From positions 320,001 through 384,000 of the forward strand of contig CAWBGA010000013.1 of assembly GCA_963788195.1 (NCBI GenBank): DNA of 64,000 bases, in the 5' to 3' direction. Positions 41,696 to 51,521 of this stretch are shown here, piece after piece; the first letter of the stretch is position 1; every line of letters begins with the position of its first letter. Under the pieces are notes generated by a model. That model saw nothing but the letters and a program-made list of their open reading frames with translations. It was not told the origin of the DNA and did no database searches. The DNA comes from Nitrospirota bacterium (GTDB taxonomy: Bacteria > Nitrospirota > Nitrospiria > Nitrospirales > NS-4). The position numbers were made by a program, and so were the translations under genes.

Positions 41696-42592
41696 AATTT
41701 GCACATCCCCGATGCGCCTTAAAGCTCGGCCCCACCCATGCTGCGTGGGTGGACGTCTCCAGGCGCTGGTGGGGAGGCTCGCGGCATCACGCACAGCAGA
41801 TTGACCTTCCCTCCGGTTTGCTGCGGCCCTCTCAGGAGGAACGGAATATCACCGACGAGACGCTCCTGCTGGAAAGGGTGCGCCCTCTGGTCGCCGGCTG
41901 CCTCCAAGCGGTGGTCGCTCCGGCCTATCGTTCTGATTCTGTCGGATCTGTGCGTCCGGAGTCGGCTGCTCGAACTAGAACAGGTTCCGCCGCGAAGAAT
42001 TGAACGGGATGCGCTCATCCGCTGGCGACTGGACAAGGAGGCATTTCCGATAGCGGGCAGCCGCGTTGTGTCCCAGATGGTCGGACCGAAGACGGTGTTG
42101 GCCGTCGTTATCCGGCAGACGGTGCTCGAGCAGTACGAAGCGGTCTGTCGCGCAGCCGGGTTGCTCGCCGTAGATATCGACATTGCCGGCTTTCGTCTGT
42201 GCAACCTGAGCATGTCTCTTGTGCCTCCGCAACAAACCGTCGCTTGGTTAGGCCTTCTAGACGGCGGCTTTAGCCTGATCATTTTACGCGATCAACGTCC
42301 CGTCTTTATTAGAACCAAGATTCAAGCGCGCTCGACTTCCGGTGCGGTCCTGCAAGACCTCCAGGACTCGCTTGCGTACTGCCGCGAACGACTCGGCATC
42401 GGCGAGATTCGCAGGCTCATTCTGGTGGCTGCAAGCGCCGGCGTCGAATTGGAAAATCTCCTCGGCACGGAGCTTGGGCTGGAGGTCATCCGGCCCGACT
42501 GGAACGAGATACCGCCGAAAAGGCGGCTGTCCGGCGATGATCCCGATCATGCAGGGATGCTGGCCGCCGCCGCCGGAGTTTTCGGGTCGTGA
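41692..42592 (+). CDS. PilM-like protein, indel near 41900
   Basis: position between the ATPase and PilN; two overlapping frames. Confidence 0.6.
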
Positions 42593-43158
42593 ATATCCGT
42601 CCGTTTCGCATCAATCTCAGCACGCACCCCGGCCGTCATGTCGCGGTGATGCATGTCGGACTTGGCCTCCTGTCATTGCTGTTCATTGCTCTCATCGCCT
42701 GGGATTGGCGACAAGCTGAAATCATTCGTGAGCAGGGCCGAATGGTGGAGCAGGCGACCGCAAGGGTTCGGGAGCAAGACCAGCAGCTTCAGGCTCATGC
42801 CAAGGCGAACATGCTGGACGTGTCGGACGCAGTTCTTCAGAGACTCCCGCGGGATGTAGCGTTCGCCAACCAATTGATCGCGAGGCGTGCCTTTTCTTGG
42901 ACGCATTTTCTTCGTGACCTTGAAGCAGCGGTCCCTGAGGGGATCGCCATCCAGAACATCAAGGTGGACGTGAAAGCCTCCTCCATTGTCATGGGGGGTA
43001 CCGCGAGCGGCTTAAAAGAGCTCACTGCCTTAATCATCGGCCTTGAAGACCATCCGGCATTTCAGCAGGCCGTACTCGGTCAACATCGAACCTTGGACAG
43101 CGGTTTCGTGGAATTCGGGTTGACAGTGCACTATAAGGCAACCACGCAGGGCGTTTGA
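42589..43158 (+). CDS. pilN: PilN-domain protein
   Basis: RINL, TM segment, FSWTHFLRDLEAAVP. Confidence 0.8.
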   Translation: MNIRPFRINLSTHPGRHVAVMHVGLGLLSLLFIALIAWDWRQAEIIREQGRMVEQATARVREQDQQLQAHAKANMLDVSDAVLQRLPRDVAFANQLIARRAFSWTHFLRDLEAAVPEGIAIQNIKVDVKASSIVMGGTASGLKELTALIIGLEDHPAFQQAVLGQHRTLDSGFVEFGLTVHYKATTQGV

Positions 43159-43799
43159 TGCCGGACATGCGAGAAATAATGACATCGCCCTATGCGGGAC
43201 TCTTTCCCTCAGGACTAGTGGCCATCTTATTCTGCGGCGCGTGGCTCGCAGTACATCTGTTGGTTCTGCAGCCCCTTCAGCAACGACAGGCGCAGCTCGA
43301 TACCGACTGGGCGGTGGCCAGGCAGCACCTGGCACAGCGTCTTGAGGCGAAGCAGACCATCAAGGACCTCGCTCAATTACTTGCCCTGCTGCCGTCCTCA
43401 AGAGATTTCTCGCAACTTCCCCTGGCCATGAGCGAGGAGGCTAAACGAAACAATGTGACGCTCGCAGGGTTGTCGTACACCATCGAGAAAAGTGACCAGA
43501 TGCCTGCCGTGAAAGTGACTTTTAAGGGACCCGTTACCGGCCGTTACGAAGATCTTCGCCGATTCATTTACCACTTGGAATCCTCCGACCGCCTGCTGTT
43601 CATCGAAGATCTGGACGTCGGGCAGTCTGCGCTCAGCGAGAAAGACATAAAGCGCAGGGAGATGATGACTTTCACATTGCAAATCTCGACCTACATCCGG
43701 CAAACCGCTGGATCACTGCCTGCGGGAAAGGGTCGCGAGCAAAATGTAAGGAAGGCTTCTGCCGATCAGGAGCAGGCCGAGGTTATCCCATGGGCATAA
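43158..43799 (+). CDS. pilO: PilO-like protein
   Basis: TM segment, coiled coil, VTGRYEDLRRFIYHLE. Confidence 0.8.
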   Translation: MPDMREIMTSPYAGLFPSGLVAILFCGAWLAVHLLVLQPLQQRQAQLDTDWAVARQHLAQRLEAKQTIKDLAQLLALLPSSRDFSQLPLAMSEEAKRNNVTLAGLSYTIEKSDQMPAVKVTFKGPVTGRYEDLRRFIYHLESSDRLLFIEDLDVGQSALSEKDIKRREMMTFTLQISTYIRQTAGSLPAGKGREQNVRKASADQEQAEVIPWA

Positions 43800-43800
43800 A

Positions 43801-43926
43801 GACATGTCCTGGCACCGAGGGCCACGGGAAAAGGACGCGTCCCGACGCGTCCGGGGAGGGTGGGTGGAGTGGCGGGTGCCCGGGAAAAGAGGCTGTCTTG
43901 GCAGCCTCGGGGCTGGGCGGGTGTAG
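43801..43926 (-). repeat. two 48-bp hairpin/G-tract repeat units
   Basis: units 43822-43869 and 43879-43926; stems GGACGCG/CGCGTCC and GAGGCTG/CAGCCTC. Confidence 0.85.
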
Positions 43927-43929
43927 TAT

Positions 43930-44622
43930 ATGACCACGCGTGCCAAAGGGATGGCTCTTCTGCTTCTGCTCGTCATTTGGGCGGGCCTTGGGGCGTGGCT
44001 TCTCATGAACACGAATGAGCCGCAGCGGGTTCCTTTAAAATTCATCTCAGGTCAGTCCGGCGCGGAGGGAACCCGAGGACAGGGCAATGCCGCAAAGCGA
44101 ATCGACCTCGCGCTTCTGATGGCTCAGCGGCAGAAGGCCGACAATTCCTTCATGGCGCCCAAGAATGTCTTTAGGCCCCTTAAGATGGAACGAGAGATCT
44201 CCGCCCCTGCGCCCCCTCCAAAAAAACGTGAGATCCCACGGCAGGAGCTGTCGCCGGCGGTCCCCGGATACTCCGCCCGCTCCAGAGTCTCCAACCGTTT
44301 CTCCAACGCCTCCCCCGGAAGCGATGGCCATCCCGCCCGTCATTCCGGCCGCTCCACGCACTCCGGCTGCTCCGCCCGGGCCCAGCCTGAAGAGTTGGCA
44401 AGGCAGGCTGGACGCCAGGAACTGTCGCAATATCGCTATCTTGGCTATCTGACCCGGGCCGGGATGGATGAGGCATTCCTCTCCAGAGGGAAGGATCTGC
44501 ATATCGTCAAGGCCGGCGAGACCATCAATCAACGTGTCCTCGTGAAAGCGATCACCCCGACCGGGGTCACTCTTCAAGAAACGGCTTCCCAGGTCGAACA
44601 CACCGTCAAGCCTCTTCCATAA
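43930..44622 (+). CDS. PilP/GspC-like membrane-anchored protein (Pro-rich linker probably frame-corrupted)
   Basis: N-terminal TM; KNVF.P; YRYLGYL..AFLS..HIVKAGETI. Confidence 0.6.
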   Translation: MTTRAKGMALLLLLVIWAGLGAWLLMNTNEPQRVPLKFISGQSGAEGTRGQGNAAKRIDLALLMAQRQKADNSFMAPKNVFRPLKMEREISAPAPPPKKREIPRQELSPAVPGYSARSRVSNRFSNASPGSDGHPARHSGRSTHSGCSARAQPEELARQAGRQELSQYRYLGYLTRAGMDEAFLSRGKDLHIVKAGETINQRVLVKAITPTGVTLQETASQVEHTVKPLP

Positions 44623-44741
44623 TCGGTCAGAGGGGCTACCGAAGGTACCGCCCGATGCGCAGGTTGGAGACTGTGCTGAAATGTGGAGATTCTTGATATA
44701 AGTATGAGCATGAGCTAGGCCGCGTTTAAAGGAGAGGCAGC

Positions 44742-45333
44742 ATGTCAACTCGCATCACAAAACAAACCGGATTTACCTTGATTGAACTGATGATTGTGGT
44801 CGCGATCATCGGGATTCTGGCGGGGATCGCGATCCCGAATTTTCTGCAGTATCAATTGAAAGCCAAGACCGCCGAGGCGCAGACGAATGTCCAGGCGATA
44901 AAGATCGGGATGACCACTATTACTGCTGAGATGGGATGCGCCCCAGCCATTACCCCAGCGCCTCTTGCAGTGCCGCCGCCCGGCGGTGCGCGGACACCGT
45001 GGCCCGCTGCCGCTCAAGCCACGACGGCCTTCCTATGTGCGTCTCCTCCGGCCGCAGGGACGTATATCGGAACTTTTACTGACATCGGGTTCACCCCCGC
45101 CGGTCCTGTCCGCTACTCATACGGCGTGGCCTCCTTTCCCGCGTCCACTCCTGCCGCCATTGGAGCGAACGGATGTGCCAACCCCACGGTGCTTCCGGTG
45201 GGTGCAGGAGCACTGGGAAATGTGGGATGGCTGGTCGGTGCCGTCGGAGAACTAGACGGAACGGCGCCGAGTGCGGGATTTCAGAGTAGGGGACGCCGGA
45301 TCAGTCATTAACTGCAATCCGGGACATTTCTAA
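44742..45333 (+). CDS. second type IV pilin, paralog of 27736..28323; indel near 45286
   Basis: TG|FTLIELMIVVAIIGILAGIAIP; same 4 Cys; corrected C-terminus CNPGHF vs CNPGQF. Confidence 0.88.
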
Positions 45334-45347
45334 GGTTTCTTCTCAGC

Positions 45348-45897
45348 TCATTGCGGTCGCGGGCGCAGCGCTTCCTGGGCTTCTTCCTCGGAGAGCACGC
45401 CCTTCGTCTTCAACTGCAGGATGAGTGTCTCCAGATTTTGTGTTGCCATTCGCCGAAGTCCACGGACTCGAAATGAAGGCGGGAAAAAAATCACGTAATC
45501 CGGGGATCGAAGGCGGACGACAACCGGCTGACTTTCGCGGTACGACTGGAAGTTCCGGTAATCCGCCGATGGGCACGACGAAGTAGGGTTTGCCCCCCAT
45601 ATCGCCGTCATGATTGAGGACCTCAAGGTTTCCTAGAGCGTTTTTTCCGGCCTGATCCAACGCCTCGAAAAGCACGAGCACCAAGGTTCCCGCCACAATG
45701 GGCGCGCCGGTCTGGTTAATGACTTTCACGGAATACGCGTATTCATTCGAGAAGTTATCGTGTTGCTTGAACGAGACGACTGAGACCGCGCCGCCGGTCA
45801 AGTCCTCGAGTTGATCCACGTCCACCGCGAGACATGGGGACGTCGCAATAAGCAGGAGAAACACTGCGGGTCCGTATTTGTGAAGGCTCGTTTTCAT
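45348..45897 (-). CDS. secreted hypothetical protein, indel near 45560
   Basis: signal peptide; two frames join. Confidence 0.6.
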
Positions 45898-46080
45898 GCC
45901 TGTGTCATCTCCGAGAATCGAGGCAGCGAGAAAGACACCTTCTCATTGAGACTGCTGCTCTGTCAACCGATGAGGCGAAGACTGGAATATTTCAAAATAT
46001 TGACATTGATGTAATTTTCCCTTAAAACTTTCCCAAACACTGCCATTTCCGTTTTGGCGTAACAAGGAAAAGAGGCTCTT

Positions 46081-46506
46081 ATGACGTGGGGAATGCATAC
46101 CAAGGACAGCCCCGGCAAGGGCCGGGTGCTTGTGGTTGACGATGAGGAAAATATTCGTAAACTGGTCCGTATGTGCCTGACGAAAGCCGGCTATGATGTC
46201 GAAGAAGCGGAAAACGGGGAAGAGGGCGAAAAGATCATTCGAGCGAACGATAATCCGCTTATGGTCGATGTCATTCTCTGCGATATCCGGATGCCCAAGG
46301 TGAATGGCATTGAAGCGATTGCCTTCTTTCAAAAGGAGTTCCCTTCTGTTCCCATCGTTGTTATCACCGGATTTCCTGACACGGAGATGGCCGTGGGTTT
46401 GATGAAACAGGGAGTGTTGGATTACGTTCCGAAACCCATTCTCAATGAGAAGCTCTTGGACGTGGTCGATAAAGCTATGGCGAAGCGGACGTCATTAAAA
46501 GGCTAA
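46081..46506 (+). CDS. single-domain response regulator
   Basis: VLVVDDE, LCDIRMP, VITG, YVPKP. Confidence 0.9.
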   Translation: MTWGMHTKDSPGKGRVLVVDDEENIRKLVRMCLTKAGYDVEEAENGEEGEKIIRANDNPLMVDVILCDIRMPKVNGIEAIAFFQKEFPSVPIVVITGFPDTEMAVGLMKQGVLDYVPKPILNEKLLDVVDKAMAKRTSLKG

Positions 46507-46875
46507 CATAATCGCAGCGACCTTTTGTTCCTGTCCCAAATTTCGGGTAGGGCATCTCTCCAGCAGGAATCCGGTGAAACTTTTAGCGCTTCATTGCGTC
46601 TCAAGGATGTGAGTATTGTGCTGTCTTTGGCCGAGAAGGCTCGATGAAGTCAGGGTTTTCCTGACATATGCTCAAATTTTCTGGGTTTTCTCCGGTCAAC
46701 AAACTTCAGGCGATTCTAAATAATGACGCGTTCAATGCTGCGGCCCGAAGAACGGCTTGCAAAGTTGGCCTGAAGGCATCATTTGCCAGGCGTTCCGCGG
46801 AAAGGCAGCTAAGTTGTAAGGGTCTTGACCGACACCAAAACAAAATACCAAAGGCGCGCAGACATACCTAGCACT

Positions 46876-47736
46876 ATGAAAACTGCCTCGCCGTTGATAT
46901 CTTTATTGAGTATATCGCTGTTACTTCCCGCCTGCGCGAGCTCAGACCCCACAGTCAAAGATTTCAAAATGATGCAGTCTGTTTACAAGAATCAAGCACT
47001 GAAGGATCAGCAGACAATCTCTGACTTGCGACGCGACTTTGACGCGGTGCAGCGCGAGCTCAATACGGCCATGGTGACCAGGGCGGCAGTGGATGTCAAA
47101 CTTTCAGAGGCCCTCCGGCGTGTTGAACTGCAGCGTGACGAACTGACCCGCGTGAAAGACGAGCGGACGCAATTGACATCCCAACAAACAACCCAGATAG
47201 CGGCGAACGTCCGTCAATTGACCGAGGAACATGCGCGAGTAAGAGAGGATCTCATCCAATTCGCCAAGACAATGAAAATACTCACCGAGCACATGGGGGA
47301 GCTGGAGAGGTTAAAACAGGCTCTGACGGAGGCTGGGCGGGATACGCGGTTTCAGTCAATCGAGGCGGCTCTGAACAAACAGAATGAGGTCCTCGCTGGT
47401 CTTCAGGTAAGCATCGAGAAGGTACAGGGATCGTTAGTTGAGGCTCAGCTGCAGGCACAGGAGAAGCCTCAGCCGCAGGTGCCCGCCACTCTTCCCGCTC
47501 GAAAACGGAAACAAACATCGGTGCCGAAGGACATTCCTGCCGCGCCGGAGGATATCCCTGTTAAGCCTCCGACTCGCACGATCATCATCAAGCCAGGTGA
47601 CTCGCTGAAATCGCTTGCCCAGAAATATAAGGTCTCGTCGGCTTACCTGAAAGAACTGAACGGCTTGGCAACGGATGACATCCAAGTCGGACAATCCTTC
47701 ATCGTCCCATCGGTCAAGAATCCGGACAATCCGTAA
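46876..47736 (+). CDS. coiled-coil + LysM lipoprotein, paralog of 37963..38730
   Basis: LPAC lipobox; shared PT(I/V)KD(Y/F) and VELQR(E/D)EL; C-terminal LysM. Confidence 0.82.
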   Translation: MKTASPLISLLSISLLLPACASSDPTVKDFKMMQSVYKNQALKDQQTISDLRRDFDAVQRELNTAMVTRAAVDVKLSEALRRVELQRDELTRVKDERTQLTSQQTTQIAANVRQLTEEHARVREDLIQFAKTMKILTEHMGELERLKQALTEAGRDTRFQSIEAALNKQNEVLAGLQVSIEKVQGSLVEAQLQAQEKPQPQVPATLPARKRKQTSVPKDIPAAPEDIPVKPPTRTIIIKPGDSLKSLAQKYKVSSAYLKELNGLATDDIQVGQSFIVPSVKNPDNP

Positions 47737-48002
47737 CGTCATCAGACGTAAACTAATATGTGACGCATGAAACGATAATCTCACGGCTGCGATCGGTGTC
47801 GATGGTCCCTCTGCAGCATCGACCCGGCCTCATCTTCAACCACCGCTCGGATCTGGCTATGACTCTTCATCAGTGACAAAAAATCCCCACGAGGAAACCG
47901 CCCCTAGTAGGTGTGCCTAATGCAACTGAGTCTGTTATTCTCATCGGTATTGTTATTTTAACAGGCAAAAAGTACACTGACCGGTCAAACCAGGAATGTT
48001 CA

Positions 48003-49280
48003 ATGGCTGATTCGGACGGCGCCCAGGATGAGATAAGCCGCCTCAGGGACGAGTTGGAGGCAGTCCGCCGCCTGTGTCAGATACTGTTCCAAAAGACGAA
48101 GCTCGATGATCTCGTAGAAGCCGCGTTGCGGAGCGCCCTTCAGGAGGTGGACGCGGAAGCGGGCTCCGTGCTGCTCGCGGATGCAGATTCCAAGCAGCTC
48201 ATCTTCCACTACTCCGTAGGAGCGACGGTGCCGCGCGGAACGGCCATTCCGTGGGACAAGGGCATCGCCGGCAGCGTCTTTCAATCAGGAGAGCCGGCAA
48301 TTATCGCCGACGTCAAGAAAACGAAACAGCATTTCGGCGAGGTCAAGACCGGGTTCGTCACGCGTGACATGATCACGCTTCCGCTGAAACAATGGGAAGG
48401 CGATCCAATCGGAGTCATGAACGTTCTCAACAAGCGAAACGGGACCTTGGATACAAAGGATGTTCGTTTGCTCACGATCATTTCCGCGTTTACTGCAATC
48501 GCCATTCAACAGGCGCGCCTGTTCGAGGAAGCCAAGCTGGCAGAAGTGGTACACCGGCTCGGCGATCTGGGTCACGACTTAAAAAACCTCCTGACACCGA
48601 TTGTGATGGGAAGCCAGATCCTCAAAGATGAGCTTGCGGAGGTCTTCGAAATGCTTGACGTCGTTGAGGACGGAAAAGCCGACAAGCATCGCGAAATTTG
48701 CGACGACGTGATCCGCATGCTCCAGGACGGCGCTGAGCGGACGCGAGACCGTGTTCGAGAAATTGCCGACTGTGTCAAGGGGCTCAGCAGTTTGCCGAAC
48801 TTTGCCTCCTGCAATGTCATGATGGTCGCGGACAGCGTCGTCAAGACCCTTCGGGTGGTGGCTGAGGAAAGAGGGGTCACGCTGAACGTGAAAGAAACTG
48901 CAACGTTGCCTCTAATCCTCGCAGACGAACGCCGCCTGTTCAACGCTCTCTATAATTTGGTGAACAACGCGATCCCCGAAGTCTCTGCCGGCGGCTCAAT
49001 CACGGTGAGTGGAAAATTGGAACCGGACGGTAAACACATACACCTCACTGTGGCGGACACCGGTCGAGGCATGTCCTGTGAAGTCCGCGAAAGCCTGTTT
49101 TCCGCGCGAGCCATCAGCCGCAAGGCCGGCGGAACGGGGCTCGGCACGAAGATTGTGAAGGACGTCATCGACGCCCACGCAGGTACGATCTGGGTCGAAA
49201 GTAAGGAGGGCGCCGGCACCACCTTCCATGTGTGCCTTCCTATCTCCTGTCTTAGTGCCATTACACCCAACCCGCCCTGA
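48003..49280 (+). CDS. GAF-domain histidine kinase (copy 1)
   Basis: EAGSVLL GAF; GHDLKNLL; NLVNNA; GGTGLG. Confidence 0.9.
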   Translation: MADSDGAQDEISRLRDELEAVRRLCQILFQKTKLDDLVEAALRSALQEVDAEAGSVLLADADSKQLIFHYSVGATVPRGTAIPWDKGIAGSVFQSGEPAIIADVKKTKQHFGEVKTGFVTRDMITLPLKQWEGDPIGVMNVLNKRNGTLDTKDVRLLTIISAFTAIAIQQARLFEEAKLAEVVHRLGDLGHDLKNLLTPIVMGSQILKDELAEVFEMLDVVEDGKADKHREICDDVIRMLQDGAERTRDRVREIADCVKGLSSLPNFASCNVMMVADSVVKTLRVVAEERGVTLNVKETATLPLILADERRLFNALYNLVNNAIPEVSAGGSITVSGKLEPDGKHIHLTVADTGRGMSCEVRESLFSARAISRKAGGTGLGTKIVKDVIDAHAGTIWVESKEGAGTTFHVCLPISCLSAITPNPP

Positions 49281-49797
49281 AGCTTGCCAAGACAAGCTTC
49301 TTTGCCCCTGGCACCCAACCCGCCCTGAAGCTTGCCAAGACAAGCTTCTTTGCCCCTGGCACCCGGCACAGACCCGTTCCCCTGAAGCTCGCCAACCTGA
49401 CAAGCTTCTTTGCCCCTGGCACCTGACATCGCCCTGAGCTTCCCCGACGGGACAGACCTCTTTTCCCCTGAGCACCCCGAACCTGAACAGGCTCTTCTTC
49501 CCATGTTGCCCGAAATCTTATTTCACCCACCCTTCCCCCGGCATGCCGGGGCATCGCCGACCGCGCCAAGACAGCGCTTTTTGCCCGTGGCACAATTCCT
49601 TTTCCCATTGCACCCACCCAGCCCTGAAATCTGCCGAGACAGATTCTTTTCGCCCATGGCACCCCAGGCTTTTGAAATCCCGCGGGACAGATTTCTTTTC
49701 CCCATTGCACCCCCCAGCCCTGAAATCCTATTTCACCCACCCGCCCCGGCGCTGCCAAGACAGCGCCTTGTCCCGTGGGACAGATTTCTTTCCCCTT
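49261..49797 (+). repeat. cluster of 48-bp hairpin/C-tract repeats, tandem and nested
   Basis: identical 48-mers at 49264-49311 and 49312-49359, plus about 6 diverged or nested units. Confidence 0.9.
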
Positions 49798-49955
49798 AGC
49801 GCCGGCTGCGAAGGGGTCCGAATAAATACACTTCGTATCTAAACAGATAGTCTGGTTCTTTTCTCGCCGCGGAATAGTCACAATTTATCAACCTCTTAAC
49901 ACCGGCCCACATTTTGCCTAGAACCATCATAGGGACACCCGGCAAGGAGGCCACT

Positions 49956-51308
49956 ATGTACAATATGGAACCCGATATAGCAGGCAACTTGATGACGGGA
50001 TTTGCAAGCATCGGAACAGGTGATACTGAGGGAACCCACTCGACTGACGGATCTGCCCACAGCCTCTTCCAGCGGCTTCGCCAGCGCGAGCGTGAGTTGG
50101 ACGCCGCACGCCTATTGAGTGAGGTACTGTTTGAGCAAACCCGCCTTGACGAATTAGTCGAGCAAGCCCTACGGACAGCCCTTGATGTGGTCCAGGCTGA
50201 GGCCGGTTCCGTGCTGTTGGCCGATCCGGAGTTGCGCCAATTGGTCTTCCATCATTCGATTGGAAAGAGTCCCGTCCCTGCCGGCACAAGAATTTCGTGG
50301 GATTACGGTATTGCGGGGGCTGTCTTTCATTCGGCAAAGGCGGAAATTATCCCCGATGTCAAGCGTGACGGCCGTCATTTTCCCGGGATTGACTTGGAGG
50401 TGGGATATACGACGCGCGATATGATTACGTTGCCTCTTAAGCGATGGGGAGGCAAACCCATCGGCGTGCTGAATGTCCTGAACAAGCGTAACCACCGCTT
50501 CACGGAGGATGATCTTGCCATCCTGACTATCTTATCCGCGCTGACGTCAACCGCGATCGAGCAGACGCGGTTAGCGGAAGAGGCCAAGCGTGGGGAGATG
50601 TTATGTCTGCTGGGCGACATTGGTCACGACATGAAAAACATGCTCGATCCAGTCCTCATGGGACTAGGGTTACTGCAAGACGGAATTGACGAGATGTGTG
50701 GCCTCTCGCAGCAAGAGCAGAAACAGGCGACGCGCGACCAATGCAACCATGTGATTGAGATCATTCGCGGTTCTTCCCGCAGGCTCCAGGAGCGCGTTCA
50801 TCAGATGGCCGAGTGCGTGAAAGGGATAAGCTCAGAACCCCAATTCGCTCCGTGCCGACTATCATCTATCGTGGAAGGGGTAATGACCACACTAGGTATG
50901 TTGGCCGCACAGAACAACATCGTCCTTCGCGCCGATGGCCTAGAGGACTTGCCGCCTATCATCGGCGACGAGCGCCGGCTGTACAATGCATTATATAACC
51001 TGGTTAATAATGCCATCCCGGAAGTTAAGAGCGGTGGTTCCATTACGGTGCGCGGGCGCGCAGCTGCAGCAAGAATCGTCCTTTCGGTCAGCGACACGGG
51101 AAGGGGCATGCCGCCGGAGGTTCGGGACAGTCTTTTTACGGGTTGCGCCATCAGCCGTAAGCCCGGAGGCATTGGGCTGGGCACGAGAATCGTAAAGGAT
51201 GCTGTGGAAGCGCATGGCGGTACGATTACGGTCGAGAGCGCGATCGGGGTCGGCACCACGTTTGAAATCCGTTTACCGATCTTCCCTCCGCAATCGAAGA
51301 CGCCGTAG
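49956..51308 (+). CDS. GAF-domain histidine kinase (copy 2)
   Basis: same architecture; GHDMKNML; AAGGAGG RBS. Confidence 0.9.
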   Translation: MYNMEPDIAGNLMTGFASIGTGDTEGTHSTDGSAHSLFQRLRQRERELDAARLLSEVLFEQTRLDELVEQALRTALDVVQAEAGSVLLADPELRQLVFHHSIGKSPVPAGTRISWDYGIAGAVFHSAKAEIIPDVKRDGRHFPGIDLEVGYTTRDMITLPLKRWGGKPIGVLNVLNKRNHRFTEDDLAILTILSALTSTAIEQTRLAEEAKRGEMLCLLGDIGHDMKNMLDPVLMGLGLLQDGIDEMCGLSQQEQKQATRDQCNHVIEIIRGSSRRLQERVHQMAECVKGISSEPQFAPCRLSSIVEGVMTTLGMLAAQNNIVLRADGLEDLPPIIGDERRLYNALYNLVNNAIPEVKSGGSITVRGRAAAARIVLSVSDTGRGMPPEVRDSLFTGCAISRKPGGIGLGTRIVKDAVEAHGGTITVESAIGVGTTFEIRLPIFPPQSKTP

Positions 51309-51521
51309 AATATCATCCTTCCTCTGCGATCGGCTCCGAGAGTCGGTCGTCTTCGTCCTTCCCGCCCACGGACTTCTGTGCTATGTTCTGCCTCGCTGAT
51401 CTTCCGATCAGACTTCTTTTTTTAGTTTCTCAGACTCGATTTCCACTTCTACGGAGGGGGAAATATCAAAGACACCAACGAACGTCGTGCTGTTAACGAA
51501 GTCCGACTCGGATCGCTTGGG

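Noticed and set aside
27736..45333. DGR or shufflon acting on the two pilins
   Set aside because: No reverse transcriptase or invertase, and no adenine-specific template/variable repeat pair was seen.
6670..45560. programmed frameshifting or phase variation at the many frame breaks
   Set aside because: They are scattered single-base indels mostly outside slippery or repeat tracts, so sequencing error is the simpler explanation; only the IS3 A7G site is credible.
49261..49797. CRISPR array
   Set aside because: Units are directly tandem or nested with variable stems, not constant repeats separated by unique spacers; no cas genes are in the window.
48950..49881. ORFs spanning the repeat cluster (and 55174..55791) as real proteins
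   Set aside because: They are translations of the DNA repeat in several frames, with no RBS or domain support.
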